Assembly: GCF_009914755.1 (NCBI RefSeq)
Contig: NC_060936.1
Length of the DNA stretch: 64,000 bases
DNA from: the human T2T-CHM13v2.0 reference genome, Homo sapiens
Strand: one strand, 5' to 3'
The notes beneath the pieces were generated by a model. It searched no databases, was not told the origin of the DNA, and saw nothing but the letters and a program-made list of their open reading frames with translations. This document shows positions 1-15,021 of the stretch, piece after piece (within the stretch, counting starts at the first letter, position 1; each line of letters begins with the position of its first letter). A program made the translations under genes and the position numbers.

Positions 1-375
1 AAAAAGATAAAAGGACCACCACTGTTACAAAGTACAGAGCAACAAAAGCCAAGGCCCAGTTAACAGCACTTCATTGAAATGCAAGAGGCATCTCTGTGTA
101 CTTACTTCCCATCTTAGACACAGGAGAGCAGGGGGTTTGAAGGATTTGAATTCTGAATTTCTGTTAGAATAACATCTGCCAAGAATAAGCCCTGAATGTA
201 CTACTTTTACCTGTAGAGAAAAATGAGCTTATCACTCAGGTCTTTGTCGAGATAATACCTACACCTGTTGTCAGGCTAAAGATTTAGATAGTCCTGGATG
301 AAATTCCAGGTCTGCTGTGTGAGTGTTAGGGAGCATGGTTGAGCTACAAATTGCGTGGAAGCAAGCTGATTTTAA

Positions 376-389
376 GTTGCCATGGCAAA
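376..389. promoter_or_regulatory. RFX X-box-like motif
   Basis: GTTGCCATGGCAAA matches 13/14 of the palindromic X-box GTTGCCATGGCAAC, in unique sequence near a CpG-enriched patch. Confidence 0.45.
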
Positions 390-1715
390 GAAAATGCAGA
401 GAATGAGCAGCTTTTACATTAATGTTTTCTACATCTTGTTAGGATAGGATTGTCCAGCTGAGGGGTGCTTTTTTTGTGCTTCTACTGACATGAACAGATA
501 AAATAATAAACACTAATTATAGAGTATTATAATGATTTCTGGGCTTGCCTCAGAGGGGCGTCTATCTGGCTAGGTAATTACTTCCCTGACAGATAGGTTT
601 TTACGTGAGAATGGAGCATGATGAGCCTAGTTTATTGCCTGCTGATGAGACCACGGGGGAGGAAGGTCATGCGGTATGCTTATTAAGACCATTTTAGTCA
701 ACGTGTTTTTCAATCAGTCGTCAGGGTACCCACCCCTGGTTAAAGAAACGCTACAGATGAAAATGACACAGTGATTCTCAGTCGTGCGAGTCTGTTGCTT
801 TAGGGAAGTGACTAAATGGTAAGAGACTTCTCAGGTTGAAGTGGAAGGCATTTCTTGAAAATATGATGCCTTTGCCTATAATGCTCTAAAGTTGATCCCT
901 AGTGTGAAAGAGAGTGCTGCTTTCTGTATGATACTTCATTCCCTGAAAGACTATTTTCCCCAGCTAAGTCAGATTCAAGTTCCTACACAATTCTGGATAA
1001 TGTTTAGGAGGTATCCTGACTTCAAGGAATTTATATTCAAAAATACACAAACACATGCACTCTTCTCCCTTCTCCCGTAACCTAATTGAGTTTGCCAGGA
1101 AAAAGGGGCAATGATTTTTTCCCCTTGTTATTTACTAATAGATAATAAAGAATATATACTAGGGGTAAAAAAGACAGAAAATCAGAGAGTCCAGAGAGGA
1201 AAGGAAGTTAAAAAAAAGAAAAGAAAAACTAAATGAAGCTTTTACAAAAATGCGATAGTGTACACGTACTGCCCTTCTTGAAATGATCCATCTTATTAAA
1301 TGATGTGGTTTCAGTGCTTACCTCTTAGTCCTGCTACACCTATGGGAATTTGGAAGAAAGCTAGGTTTTTCACTTTTTAAATGATGGCAAATGTTACGTG
1401 CTCCAAACGCTGAGTAGAGATTCTTGGATTGTGATGAAATATAAAAATATAGTGCAGTCCCCACTTTGAATTACTAAACAAACTCAAATATTGTAAAAAG
1501 GCAGGCATTTCTTGACTGCTCATACAACATAAACTTTTCTCCCAAGTAGTCTGTGTCGTGTGTGAAACTGTAGATAATAAATCTAGGCTTGTTTGCCATG
1601 TCTTCTATGAATGCTCGAAGGAAGTTTATCCACACCTAAACGTAACTGTTGAAATATTTATTGGCATGACATGCTAATAGAGGCCTTATAGTGCTTTGTG
1701 GAACAGACACATATA

Positions 1716-2038
1716 CAGTCACGTGGGATACAGGTATGTTTTGAGAAATGCACAGTTAGGCAATTTCATCATTGTTGTGTGAACTTCATAGAGTGTATTT
1801 GCACAAACCTAGGTGTTGTAGCCTGCTACATACCTAAGCTATAGGGTATAGCCTATTGCTCCAAGGCTACAAACCTTTAGAGAATATTATTGTACTGAAT
1901 ATTGTAAGCAGTGGAAACACAAAGGTAAGTAAGTATTTGTGTATCTAAAGATAGAAAAGGTACATTTAAAACACATCATTATAATCTTACAGGACCACCA
2001 TAGAACATGTGGTTCATCCTTGACCAAAACATTCTTGT
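1716..2038 (-). mobile_element. Tigger3a/MER7-like DNA transposon (TcMar-Tigger MITE)
   Basis: TA+CAGTCA terminus; internal ...GTATAGCCTATTGCTCC..GGCTACAAACCT... and ...TTTGTGTATCTAAA.ATAGAAAAGGTACA... Confidence 0.75.
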
Positions 2039-3620
2039 ATTTCCACTTCCTCCCTAACTATGAATATTTTCATGCTGTTCAATATGGTACAATGGCAAAA
2101 TAAGTTTATATAGTATAGATGGCTATTCAAGATATAGTTATTTAAATAAAAAGTGGGTTTTTTTCCTAAAAACAAAACAAAAGAAAATCTCCTTTTGCTT
2201 TTCTAACTACCCTTTATGTCCATTTTGTTGTTGTCCCTTGCAGAATTTACAGTATTAGACAAAACACACAGTGGAAGATCAGAATTTAATTAGATTTGTT
2301 TGTTGTTGAAACAGCTTTCAAATTCTTTCATCTTATAGGGAGTGAATCCCTAGATTACTCACAGACACATGAAAATAAAAAACTACAGAAGAATGTTCAC
2401 ATTGCATTTCAGTTCTTCATCATGTAAAGCACTTGGGCCTTTCTAAAAGATGCAAATCACTCTTTATTATTTTGATGAGCTAACAAGATGAATTCATCTC
2501 TAGAACACTATAAAAACTAAATTGTGAAAAATGGCGCCAACCATATAACCTGTCCTTGATCATACCTATTATTTGGTAACTCTGTGGGGAAACTAGAATC
2601 TTTTAGAAGTATTATTTGTGTCCTAACTATTTAAGTGGATGATTTACCCTCCTCTAGGAAACTTAATATTGAGAGTAGGCTGAGAGGTGATCATGTTAAT
2701 CTGGAAAATTTTTCATAAATTAAGGAAATTGAGTTTAATAGTTACAGCAAATTCTCCACATGCATCATGTTTCTGTACTGAGTGCTGAACTATACAATAA
2801 ACAAGGAACTGAAAACAAGCTTTGAAAATATCCAGCAGATTCAAGTATTGCTATTTGGCCTAACAACCTCTTAAACATATGCTCATTTGCAACTGCAAAT
2901 ATAAAAGCTTTTGTGTAAAAGGCTTTATATTTTATACACAAAATATAAAAAATTTTGTAAGATTAGATTTATATGCCAAAAAGAATCTTTCATATATATA
3001 ATTCTGTAATTCTTAGATATCAAAAACAAGACTATTTGAACAGTTTAGTATTAAAATAAGTGACAACTTACATTACTTAGGAGGGCACGTAATCAGAGTG
3101 GCTGTACCTGAACTAGGTACAAAAATGCTTAATACTCAGCTTAACACTAGCATGTAAAATGTATGTGAATTCAGCAAAACATATTTTAAATGACTTTACA
3201 TTCCATTTCTATGTATGTTATAGACACAAAGTTATGGCACTGAGATGAATCACTACTTTTGACAAACATTTTTTGACACTCTCACCTGGGAGATCTGGAG
3301 CACCATCCACTGACAGCCAAAATGATCTAAATTTATAGTTCCATTGTTTCAAGGCTTGAATAGAAGCATAGCAGAAAACAAGAATGAAAGCTGATTTTCT
3401 ATTGTTGGCCGATGTGAAAAAACGTCATCACTTATTATATGATAGGTTTGGTTGGCTTTCTCCTGAGTTACGTAAGATGTTATGTTCCTGATCTGTTTAT
3501 GTATGGGTGTTTAATACCCAAATCTTTGAATTATTGTTAGATTATTTACTATCTTTTGCTAGTAGTTATTCCCACCAAGCAATTTATAATAAGCAGCTAA
3601 TGGAAGGGACCACTGGATTT

Positions 3621-3985
<365 letters not shown>

Positions 3986-4357
3986 TAGATAAGGATTGTA
4001 TAATCAGTTACTGGAAATGCATTCTTAGGATTGTTTGCATAATTTATTTTCTATGTATTTGTGGATGCTCAATCAAGCTTTATGTATATTCATTGATTTT
4101 TTCAAATCTGATTGCCCTAGTTATGCGTGTTTATTCCCCCCAAAATTGTCAGCCACAGTTAAAATTAAAATTATGATACCAAACTTACTGGTGGTAGCAT
4201 GCTATAATTTATAATTCAAGATGGTATCAGAGCCACATTATATACTAAACTGGTTTTGTATATGCAGGTTATCATAGGATTTAGAACAAATCAGTGTATT
4301 AGGCCAGAGTTACCAACTGAAGGGAGCATCAACCAACTGTGGTTATACAATTACCCA

Positions 4358-4386
4358 TTGTTGTTGTTGTTGTTGTTGTTGTTTTT
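4358..4386. repeat. (GTT)n microsatellite
   Basis: About 8 consecutive TTG/GTT units. Confidence 0.9.
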
Positions 4387-4980
4387 TAATTCAGGAAAAT
4401 GTGTTGTATATGAATATACTAAATAAAGGAAATAAAGCTATTAATAGAATGTGCCACTGGTGTCTTAGGTGAAAACATACACCAAGATTCATAACTCCCC
4501 TAAAATTGTTATTGTCAGTTAGCTGGATAAAGTGGTCTATGACTAAGTTAAAAAGCTAGAAAAATCTTGTAGTCAAAAGGAAAACAAACTTTGTTATGTA
4601 TACTCAGGCTGGCCCACAGAAGGTGGTGCATGGCAGTGCTGGTGAATATCATTGCTGCAGTCTCTAATACTGCTGCAGTGCTGCCTAGCTGCTACTTTAA
4701 ACCAACACTGGCTCATCTGGGGCCTTGAATTACCCCTTAAAGGTTGTATGGTGCATTACCCTGCTATTTTAAAATTACTTTAAACCATTCCTAAAGAAAG
4801 GTACCACATCCTTCTCCAGAGAAGAAGTTATTAGATTCTTTACAAAAACACATATTTATTTAAATAATAAATTTCCAACAAAAAATTCACAATTATAAGA
4901 TTCCTTTGAAAATTACCAGGGTTTTCCCCAAATACATTTTTGGGTTTTTTTTTTCCTTCCTTAGTATTCATTAGTTTTCT

Positions 4981-5214
4981 TTTTTCTTTTTCTTTTTTTT
5001 ATACTTTAAGTTCTGGGGTACATGTGCACAACGTGCAGGTTTGTTACATAGGTATACACATGCCATGGTGGTTTGCTGCACCCATCAACCCATCATCTAC
5101 ATTAGGTATTTCTCTTAATGCTATCCCTCTCCTAGCCCCCCAACCCCCACAGACCCTGGTGTGTGATGTTCCCCTCCCTGTGTCCATGTGTTCTCATTTT
5201 TCAACTCCCACTTA
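4981..5214 (-). mobile_element. L1PA7/8-like 3' end, heavily 5'-truncated
   Basis: TTATACTTTAAGTTCTGGGGTACATGTGCACAACGTGCAGG L1PA 3'UTR; TSD TAGTTTTCT on both sides. Confidence 0.9.
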
Positions 5215-7045
5215 CTAGTTTTCTATTGTATGAACTATCTTCCATGCTTATTTTGCTTTTATTAAAAATAAGAAATCTGTATTCCTGGTATTCCCTGGTG
5301 TTTCGATCTTTTACACACCTATTAGAACCATAATTTCTGTAACATCATAACGCTTTTCAAAACGTCTCAGTGCCTGTTCCTGAAGTTATTAGTTTCCAAG
5401 TCTCCTCAATGCCTAGCCTCGTGCATCCATGGGTCTGTAGTTGCGCCTATAGCATTCTCATTGCTACTTCAGTTTCCCTGTGACCTCCTACTTCACTTCT
5501 CTACGGGTGTGCACTCTCCTTATCTTTCTTGCTTTCTCTCTCAACGTTAAATTCACATATATGAAAGACATTCTATGGGAAGAATAACCTACTCCAGCAT
5601 TTAATAGAGCCATTCTAAACATATCTGACATAGAGATGTCCGCCTGTCACCTGCCTATTCAGGAAATGAGCTTGAGATTGGAGATAGATATATTATTGCA
5701 AACCACAATCAAGGCTAATATCTTAACCTGATTTTATCCTAATTTATCTCTGTTTATCTTCATTTTCAGCATTTCTGCTCTTTCTACCCTCTCTTACCCA
5801 CCTTGTAATCTTCAAATACTATATCTAACTGATACCCTTCATAAAGGGAATATTTTTGCACATATTATGCACTTTCAGTTGAAGAGACAGTAACCCTCCA
5901 AGACAGCAATGGCCCAGAAAAGAGACTAGAAATGTAGTGATAATTCATAAGTCAACATCTGCCTCTCTTTTCTACCTTAGCCAAGTTTAATGCAGAGGGC
6001 ATTACACTTAGTTCTAGTCTCAAGTCTACCATAATTAGAACCATAATCATGGGCAAATCATTTAACTTGTCTGGGCATCAATCTCTCAATGAAAAAACTA
6101 AGCTATTTGACACATATGGCCCCTTTTATGTTTAAATCAATTTTATTGTTTTTTACTAAATGAGGTGTAGAACATTGACCCATCAAATGAAGTCACTGTA
6201 AAGAATATAAAAATTATAGTTAAATAACATTTCAAATATGAAGCTATTTAAATGTCAACTGTGCAGGCAATTTTTAAATATTTCTAGTCAATCATAATCA
6301 CTGCTTTCTCAGTCTTTCTATTCTTCCTATAAGCATTTGATTAAAGTTGATAACACAGAATTCTCTTTTAATATGCATTCTGTTGGGGATACCAATTAAG
6401 ATTTCTTTAACTTGTTTATTTTAGAAATTGTTTATAACGCCAGGCAACAGTTGTAAAGAGGATAACATTCCCAGTAGATGGTTTTGAAAACTTCTATAAT
6501 ATCTAATTATGTATAGATCCAGACTGTTTATGTTTGGCATACAAATAATTGCTGGGAGTTAGAATGGTTTGATCAATACATGCAATTAAGTGCACATATG
6601 TTAACCTTTTTCTTTAAAAGTTACTTTGTTATATGAACATTTATTTTTTAGGTTATATATTTAATCCCAAATCTTTGCTATCTCATGAAGACCAGTTTGT
6701 CATAAACACTTAATAAATGTCATTTTGTTCAATTAAAACAGAAGGGCCTGTACATCCTATGCATACATACTTTTTCTTCTACTGCATTGTACAAACATTT
6801 AAACCTGTGTGTGTATAGCTTCAGGAAACTGTAGCTGGAGCTGGGCCAGAAAATGTCTACAGTAGCCTTACAATAGTTTTCTAGTTCCTTGGTCACTACT
6901 ATGCATCACGAGTGCCTTTACCTATGTCCTTTTCCTCTTCAACCTATATACACACAGACTTTTTCCTGCTTCTTTAAGGGGGAAAAGTCTGCTAATTCAG
7001 GTGAGGGACTATGTGTTTGAAAAAGTGTTTTCAAATAAAATACTT

Positions 7046-7381
<336 letters not shown>

Positions 7382-8065
7382 CTAAGCAGGGATTTCCATG
7401 TTCTACTCATAGAAAAACTTACAGAACAAGCAGGTACTTTAAACCCCAACTTCTAGGGCTAACTACGTCATGGAAATTATTCTATAAGGACATGATCTAC
7501 ATCATTACATCACACATGAGTCCAGCCCTCTTTGTCTAAGCCTGTGACACATACTTAAACCCTGCTGTTTAACAAATCAACTCCAAAGTAACCCATCTTT
7601 GAATGTCATTAAGGATGAGTATCTGCAATGCAAGAAACTTTGTTATCCCATGATGTTTAGAAAAATCTGCTTAATAAGTAGATATATTCCACTTGTTTGT
7701 TACTCTCCATAGGTACTCTCTCTCTACTTACAACAGAATTATATGTAATCAGTTGTTCTCATTCACATAAACAAACCCTGACAAGAAATAAAAATGTGGT
7801 AATATCAGTTCTCTGCATCAAGGAACATTTTTAATAAACTGTACTATAGAACGTCTTACTAATCAGATCTTTTAACAAAACATATGTTAGCCGTAATTTC
7901 TGTACTAAGACACTGAATCTATATTACATTGTAAAAATTTGAGTATGAGCTATCTATACGTTCCCAGCATTGTATCCTATGTAAAAACCCTAAATTAAAT
8001 AATACACCCAAAGAAATTGAGACCATTTTTAGTTAATTTAAGAAAATAATGTCAGATATTTCCAG

Positions 8066-8290
8066 TTGCTAAGCATTTAATATGAATCAGGCACTGTGCT
8101 AAGAATTTTATAGAGAGTAGCCCATCTAACCCTCACAGTAACCCTATATGGTAGGTACTGTAATTAATATTATTTTACAGAGGAGGAAACTAAAATGTTA
8201 AAAGCTTAATTGTCCATAATTGTAAGTGGAGCTAGAATTCAAACCAAGTTTTTCTGGCTCCTGAATTATATTTTTATACCACCACCTACC
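8066..8290 (-). mobile_element. MIR
   Basis: AGGCACTGTGCTAAG...ATTTTACAGAGGAGGAAACT MIR core in reverse orientation. Confidence 0.75.
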
Positions 8291-8559
8291 AGTACATTTA
8301 TATTCAGGTTTCTTTGGCTATCTCACCATAAAATGCTGCCACCCCATCTTAATGGTTGAGGAGATTCAACTCTCAGTTCTACCATAAGCAGTAGCATGCA
8401 ATTTTAGCTATAGCTCTAGAAGTATCCAAGATTATTTAGCTCAATTTCCCAGCTCTGTAGGTTAAATTCATTGTCTTTAATGTGTTTCACTCTAGCTACC
8501 CAATGCAAATTATGTCACTAAGAACAAAGGAATAGTCACTACTTGTTTGTTTCCAATAA

Positions 8560-8865
<306 letters not shown>

Positions 8866-9785
8866 TCCAATAATTCTTTATTATATACTGTGCTGTATTG
8901 AATTACCTTGGATTCCATTATTTTGCCAAATCATTTATTTATAAGGTAAATTCCTAGAAGTAACATTTCTGGGTCAAACGACGTTAGTAATATTGATAGG
9001 TACAAAGGCTTTTTGTTATTGTTTGTTTTCATTTTTATTAAAGTTATGCATACAAGCACATAGATTTAAGAATCAAACAATTCTACAATTTTTTTAAAAG
9101 GATAAGAAAAGCAGACACTCCCCTCACAGTGCTTGCAGGCACCTCTTTTAGCTTTTTTTTTATTTTCAATTTACCCTCTTGTCTCTAGATGATACGCTGC
9201 TTGGTGAATTTTGTTTCAGCGTTACCCACTGACTCCCCGCCATGGAAAATGAGGGTTTAGCTCTTTTCTATGCACACACATATTTCCAATATAGTTATGC
9301 CATAATTTTGTCTAGCTCAATATTCAATTCACATTATTGGGATTATGTGGAAACTGCACAATTGAGCCCTATAGTAACCTTTCAACACTTTTCCTTTCTC
9401 ATCTAGCATTGTTTAATTGTCCCATTGGCTTAATTTTCATGTGTTTATTACCAATTCAATCCCAACCTCACTGCTGATTGTCTAAATCTCTCTCAAATTG
9501 CTCATCCTTATGAAGTAGCCTTCCCCAGAACCTGACTTGCTACAGTCTAGACTGGTTGCTCTCTAACTCATCCTGGAGATTCCTGCCGTCTGTGTGGGAG
9601 CTTCTAATGTCTTCCTCTTTCAGTGTTGGCTCCATCTTGGTGGCAAACATCCAGTAGTAACTAACTGCCTGCAAGGTGACTTTGGGAAAGCTGCTTAACA
9701 ACTCCAAACCTCAGTCCTCTCATCTCACCTTAATTGTGTCACTACTTTTAAGATTAGTCATAGCCTCTTGACCCAGTGGTTAAAG

Positions 9786-9956
9786 CAGTTGTTTTCAATT
9801 GGCAGAATGCATTAGAAGTTCTGGGGGGCATTTGTTAAAAATGCTGGTGCCCAGGCCCACCCCAGTGATCCTGATTCAATAGCTCTGAAATAGGGTGTAT
9901 CTGAATATTAAAAATACCTGGTGGTTATTCTGATGCAAAGTCCTGAAGAATCACTT
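9786..9956. mobile_element. MER5-family hAT-Charlie MITE
   Basis: CAGTTGTTTTCAA...GCATTAGAA...TTGTTAAAAATGC...CCAGGCCCACCCCAG...TTCTGATGCA. Confidence 0.65.
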
Positions 9957-11396
9957 TTTAAGAAGCACCAGCTCAAAGATATAAAACAAAAATAACAAGT
10001 CAGCAGTGATTTTCAAAGCCAACAGTAAAAGAAGCTTTCAAAAATCCCTTCCCAGTTCTAAAATGTATACATTGGGGGATGCCAGAAATATATTGCTTAA
10101 GATTTTTGAAAAGTTCCCTAGGAATTTTAAAAAAACTAATTTAATAAAGAATAACACAGTCCATAGGTCATTAACTTCAAATCATGTATTAGGAAGATGG
10201 CGAAGAGCTAAAGTGGCCCATTTTTATTATTTTCTGAAAGTGGAAAAGATGTTGCCAAAAGCAAAGAAAAGAAGACATTATCTTTTGTAATCATTGAAAT
10301 AGAATTTTTAGTTGATTCCCGCCCCCCAACAGTTTTGAGTAGACAGTAAGAATTACAAATGATTACACCACTTAGAAAAGCCAGAGAAAGGAATAAATAG
10401 ATTTATTTTTGTTCAGAATGACTGATTTGTTGTGATCAGAAACCAAAGGATTTTAAAATACTGAGTACAAACCTGCATATGAGGTTTGTAAGACAATGGG
10501 TAGAATACTGGATGTCACAACTAAAAATGAGGCCAGTATCACGGTAATTTTGCAAGATGTGTGTCAAATATCAATCCATTGTTGAAAGGTGTCCAATTCA
10601 TATATACCCTAAACCTTAGTAAAAAATGTGCCACATCCACACCACATGAACAGCACATATCATCACAAAAATAGTGTTCTTTGAAGAATGCGTAGGTACC
10701 ACTAGACACCTATTATTAATCATTGTTTCTCCAAAGAAGGAAGAGTTTAGATATGGTTTTGGGAGAGTATCTTAATGACCACCACATTTCAATATTTTTA
10801 AAATATATGTTTGAAATATCCTAAATAGGCAAGTTTCCATGGCAATATACTTTGGGCAATTTGAAAGCAAACAAATAACTATGAAAAATGTTATTTAAAA
10901 AGTTTTTATTTTCTAGCATATCTACAAAAATCACATCAACTCTTTGCTATTGTGAAAAACTACATGTCATAGGAAAAACAAGTAATGATATAAACAGATT
11001 TCATAATTTGAAATAAACTATCAGCTGAACAAAGATTACATTAAGAACATACCCAATAATACAGATTGTAGATGCACAAGTAAGAATTTACACCGGTTTA
11101 CAGCAAATGAGGACAGGAGGATGGAGGATACTTTACTCCCCATTTGATCCCACATATGGTATATGATTTACTTGGAGTATAAAGGACAAAGAAAAAGGGT
11201 ATAGGGAGACTATCAGGAGAGGTAAACCAATTTAAGCTAATGCAAAACGAAAAAAAAGACAAATGTTTATGTCTGATGACATAAAATTAAAAGATTACTA
11301 GTTCAGTCAGTTTAATGAAGATTAATCTGGTCCAGTTAATAAAGAAAACTGAGTATATGTATTGTAACCATGTCTGAAGAGGCAATCCTGAAAGCA

Positions 11397-12481
11397 TTTT
11401 TTTTTTTTCTGAAGCACAACTCTTTATTTTTCTTTCTTTTTTTTTTTTTTTTTTAGTTATACTTTAAGTTCTAGGTTACATGTGCACAACGTGCAGTTTT
11501 GTTACATAGGTATACATGTGCCATGTTGGTTTGCTGCACCCATCAACTCCTCATTTACATTAGGTATTTCTCCTAACGCTATCCCTCCCCAAGCCCCCCA
11601 CCCCCGAGCAGGCCCCCACATGTGATGTTCCCCTGTCTGTGTCCATGTGTTCTCATTGTTCAATTTCCACTTATAAGTGAGAACATGCAGTGTTTGGTTT
11701 TCTGTCCTCGTGGTATTTTGCTGAGAATGATGGTTTCCAGCTTCATCCATGTCCCTGCAAAGGACATGAACTCATCCTTTTTTGTGGCTGCATAGTATTC
11801 CATGGTGTATATGTGCCACATTTTCTTTATCCAGTCTATTATTGATGGACGTTTGGGTTGGCTCCAAGTCTTTGCTATGGTGAATAGTGCCAAAATAAAC
11901 ATACGTGTGCATGTGTCTTTGTAGTAGTGTGACTTATAATCCTTTGGGTATATACCCAGTAATGGGATTGCTGGGTCAAATGGTATTTCTAGTTCTAGAT
12001 CCTTGAGGAATCACCACACTGTCTTCCACAATGGTTGTACTAATTCACACTCCCACCAACAGTGTAAAAGCGTTCCTATTTCTTCACATCCTCTCCAGCA
12101 TCTGTTGTTTCCTGACTTCTTAATGATTGCCATTCTAACTGGCGTGAGATGGTATCTCATTGTGGTTTTGATTTGCATTTCTCTGATGACCAGTGATGAT
12201 GAGCATTTTTTCATATGTCTGTTGGCTGCATAAATGTCTTATTTTGAGAAGCGTCTGTTCATATCCTTTGCCCACTTTTTGATGGGATTGTTTTTTTTCT
12301 TTCAAATTTGTTTAAGTTCTTTGTAGATTCTGGATATTAGCCTTTTGTCAAATGGGTAGATTGTGAGAATTTTCTCCCATTCGGTAGGTTGCCTGTTCAC
12401 GCTGATGATGGTTTATTTTGCTGTGCAGAAACTCTTTCGTTTAATTAAATCCCATTTGTCTATTTTGGCTTTTGTTGCCAT
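11397..12481 (-). mobile_element. L1PA7-like element, ~1.05 kb, 5'-truncated, dead ORF2 C-terminus, short 3' transduction
   Basis: L1 3'UTR plus ORF2p C-terminal peptides ([18 protein letters not shown]..., ending in a premature stop); TSD CTGAAAGCATTT at 11388-11399 and 12482-12493. Confidence 0.95.
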
Positions 12482-13840
12482 CTGAAAGCATTTCTTTAAG
12501 CTTCTCTGTCAGCCTCCCTCTTCTTTTCCCCACTCCATCCTTCTCTCTGATTTCTTCTGCCTTCTGGGGAAGAAATGAAGACTGAGCAATTTCATCAGTA
12601 TATACCCCTCTACTAAGCACTAGCATCCTGTGCTGTTCCCTCCTGGGACAGAGAAGACCAGAAACAGCTGCTATGTCAATTTACACCTTGTCTCTGACTA
12701 ACCTAGAAGCTATAGCAGGGGCTGCATTAAAGACATAATATGTCATTTGTCTGTAATCTGCTCTAATGCTTTGGCATCTGGTCACATGTATTACTTAAAA
12801 TCAGACAAATACATAAACTCTTCACATAGCCCAGATAGCTCGGTGATAGCACCTGGTAAATGCTAGGGGTATGTAGCCGGGTATTAACTTGAATTGCAAT
12901 GGACCAGCAGATATGAAAATGATTTGGGATATTACCAAAGCAGTTGTTAAAATGGAAATAATATTGCTCTTACTGGGAAGAAAAAATTGAAAACAGTAAA
13001 AATGCAGCTACAAAAAAAATTACAGGCAGAAGCGCTATAGTATTTTAGATTTAACCTGTGTAGGCAACTGACAAACACTGATAAAGACAGATGGCCATGA
13101 CAGCATATAAAACAGTCCTCAGGATGATTCAGTATACAAATGTGAACCCATTTAAGCTAATAAAGATCAATACCAACCAGAAGTTGATGATGCATAACCC
13201 ACCCTTTATTCTTATGTCTCATTTTAAAGGTTAACACATTTCAAAATTTATACATTTAAAGATGCTTAACTTTTAAGATAGGAATTGATTTGGCTTATTT
13301 TATGTTAAAGAAAACTGTTTCAGCTCACATCAATAAAATATAATACCTAACTAGAATTCATCAAAAACAGGTTTCTACTGCAACATTTCAACAAACTAGA
13401 TGATATGTTTTACGCTTATTAATTACTCAAATGCTAAAACATCTGGACTGTAAATTTAATCTTCCAATGAAATAGCTACACAATACAGTTTTTTCACTAT
13501 TAAATACATTAGGTTATTACCCTGTTTACCTAAAGTTACCTCCATAATTACCAATAGAATTAAGGTTAAGTTGATAAATTTCATGAGAATCCCAAAGTTT
13601 GAAAACTATTTTCACACAACACACACATAATTTTATTATCTTATATTATTTTTTAAGGCCAAGATAATTTTAAAGAACTTGATACATAATAAGCCTTAAA
13701 TACATTTGTCAAAGAGATGAGAGAAAAAGAGGAAGGGAAAGAGGTAGAGAGGAAGACTGGTTGTAGAAGAGACATGAATAAACCATGGCTGCATTTAAAA
13801 ATTCCTCTGAATGATTTATGAATTCATTACAGAGATCAAC

Positions 13841-14156
13841 TTTTTTGGTTTTTTGGTTTTTTGGTTTTTGTTTTTGAGATGGAGTCACTTCTTTCACCCA
13901 GGCTGGTGTGCAGTGGCGCAATCTCAGCTCACTGCAACCTCTGCCTCCCAGATTCAATCAAGTCTTCTGCCTCTGCCTCCTGAGTAGCTGGGATTACAGG
14001 GGCCCACGACCACGCCCAGCTAATTTTTGTATTTTTAGTAGAGATGAGGTTTCACCATGTTGACCAGGCTGGTCTTGAACTCCTGACCTCAAGTGATCCT
14101 CCAGCCTTGACCTCCCAAAGTGTTGGGATTACAGGTGTGAGCCACCATGCCTAGCC
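13841..14156 (-). mobile_element. AluS (Sx/Sz-like)
   Basis: Full Alu reverse complement with (TTTTTGG)n tail; degenerate TSD CAGAG(A/C)TCAAC. Confidence 0.93.
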
Positions 14157-14180
14157 CCAGAGCTCAACATTTATTACGGA

Positions 14181-14323
14181 TTTTGTTTTTTGGCTTTTGT
14201 TTTTTGTAGAGACGTCATCTCACTATGTTGCTCAGGCTGGTCTCAAACACCTGGAATCAAGCAAATCTCCTGCCTTGGCCTCCCAAAGTGCTGGGATTAC
14301 AGGCATGAGCCAACATGCCTGAC
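14181..14323 (-). mobile_element. FLAM-type Alu left monomer
   Basis: Single left arm; degenerate TSD TATTACGGATTTTG / TATTACAGACTTTG. Confidence 0.85.
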
Positions 14324-15021
14324 TATTACAGACTTTGATAGTAGTCTACTTGATTCATAAAGATATTTCCTTTCCTAGTCTATGTGTAGTAAGCACTTTA
14401 CTTAGAGCATAATAAAAGGGGGAAAAGAATATAGAAATATCAAAGAAGAGAAAAATTGATTTAAACTGATGCATATCATATCAAAATAAATTTAAAATAA
14501 CATACTCAGTAAAGAACTATCCAGATTTTCCTAATTTTCTAAATTAATAAATTTAGGGAGACATCTTTATAGTTTATAAGATAGCCATTGACTATTTTGT
14601 TATCATACTATGGCTGCAATATACCCAATAATACTCTGTATCCTAAATTAGTTACTACACCTGGGAATATAATTTTTAATTGCTTAATGCTTACATACAA
14701 AATTATCTATAACCATTTCTAAGCAGAATATTTTAATACTTTAGAAATTGAGTGAGGTATTTAGTATGCTGACCATTTTATAAGGTCCAAAGAGTATGCT
14801 AATGGAGTTCCAGGTGAGAACAAGAAATTTTTATAATGATGGCCAATTTTCATCTGGGACCACCCTCAATGCAGAAGGATTGGTTGATGTCATGTCTGCC
14901 CTAAACTGAAACTATTTCACTTGAATACAAATTTAGAAAAATATGTTGATAATTCTTCAGCATATTGCAAGTAAATATTAATTTAAATATTAAATGTATA
15001 AGTATTAAATTAAATATTAAT

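Noticed and set aside
11502-12233. ORFs resembling a reverse-transcriptase protein C-terminus
   Set aside because: Broken L1 ORF2 of a 5'-truncated copy, with stops and no promoter.
14970-15020. AT-only quasi-palindrome
   Set aside because: Low complexity; expected in AT-rich DNA.
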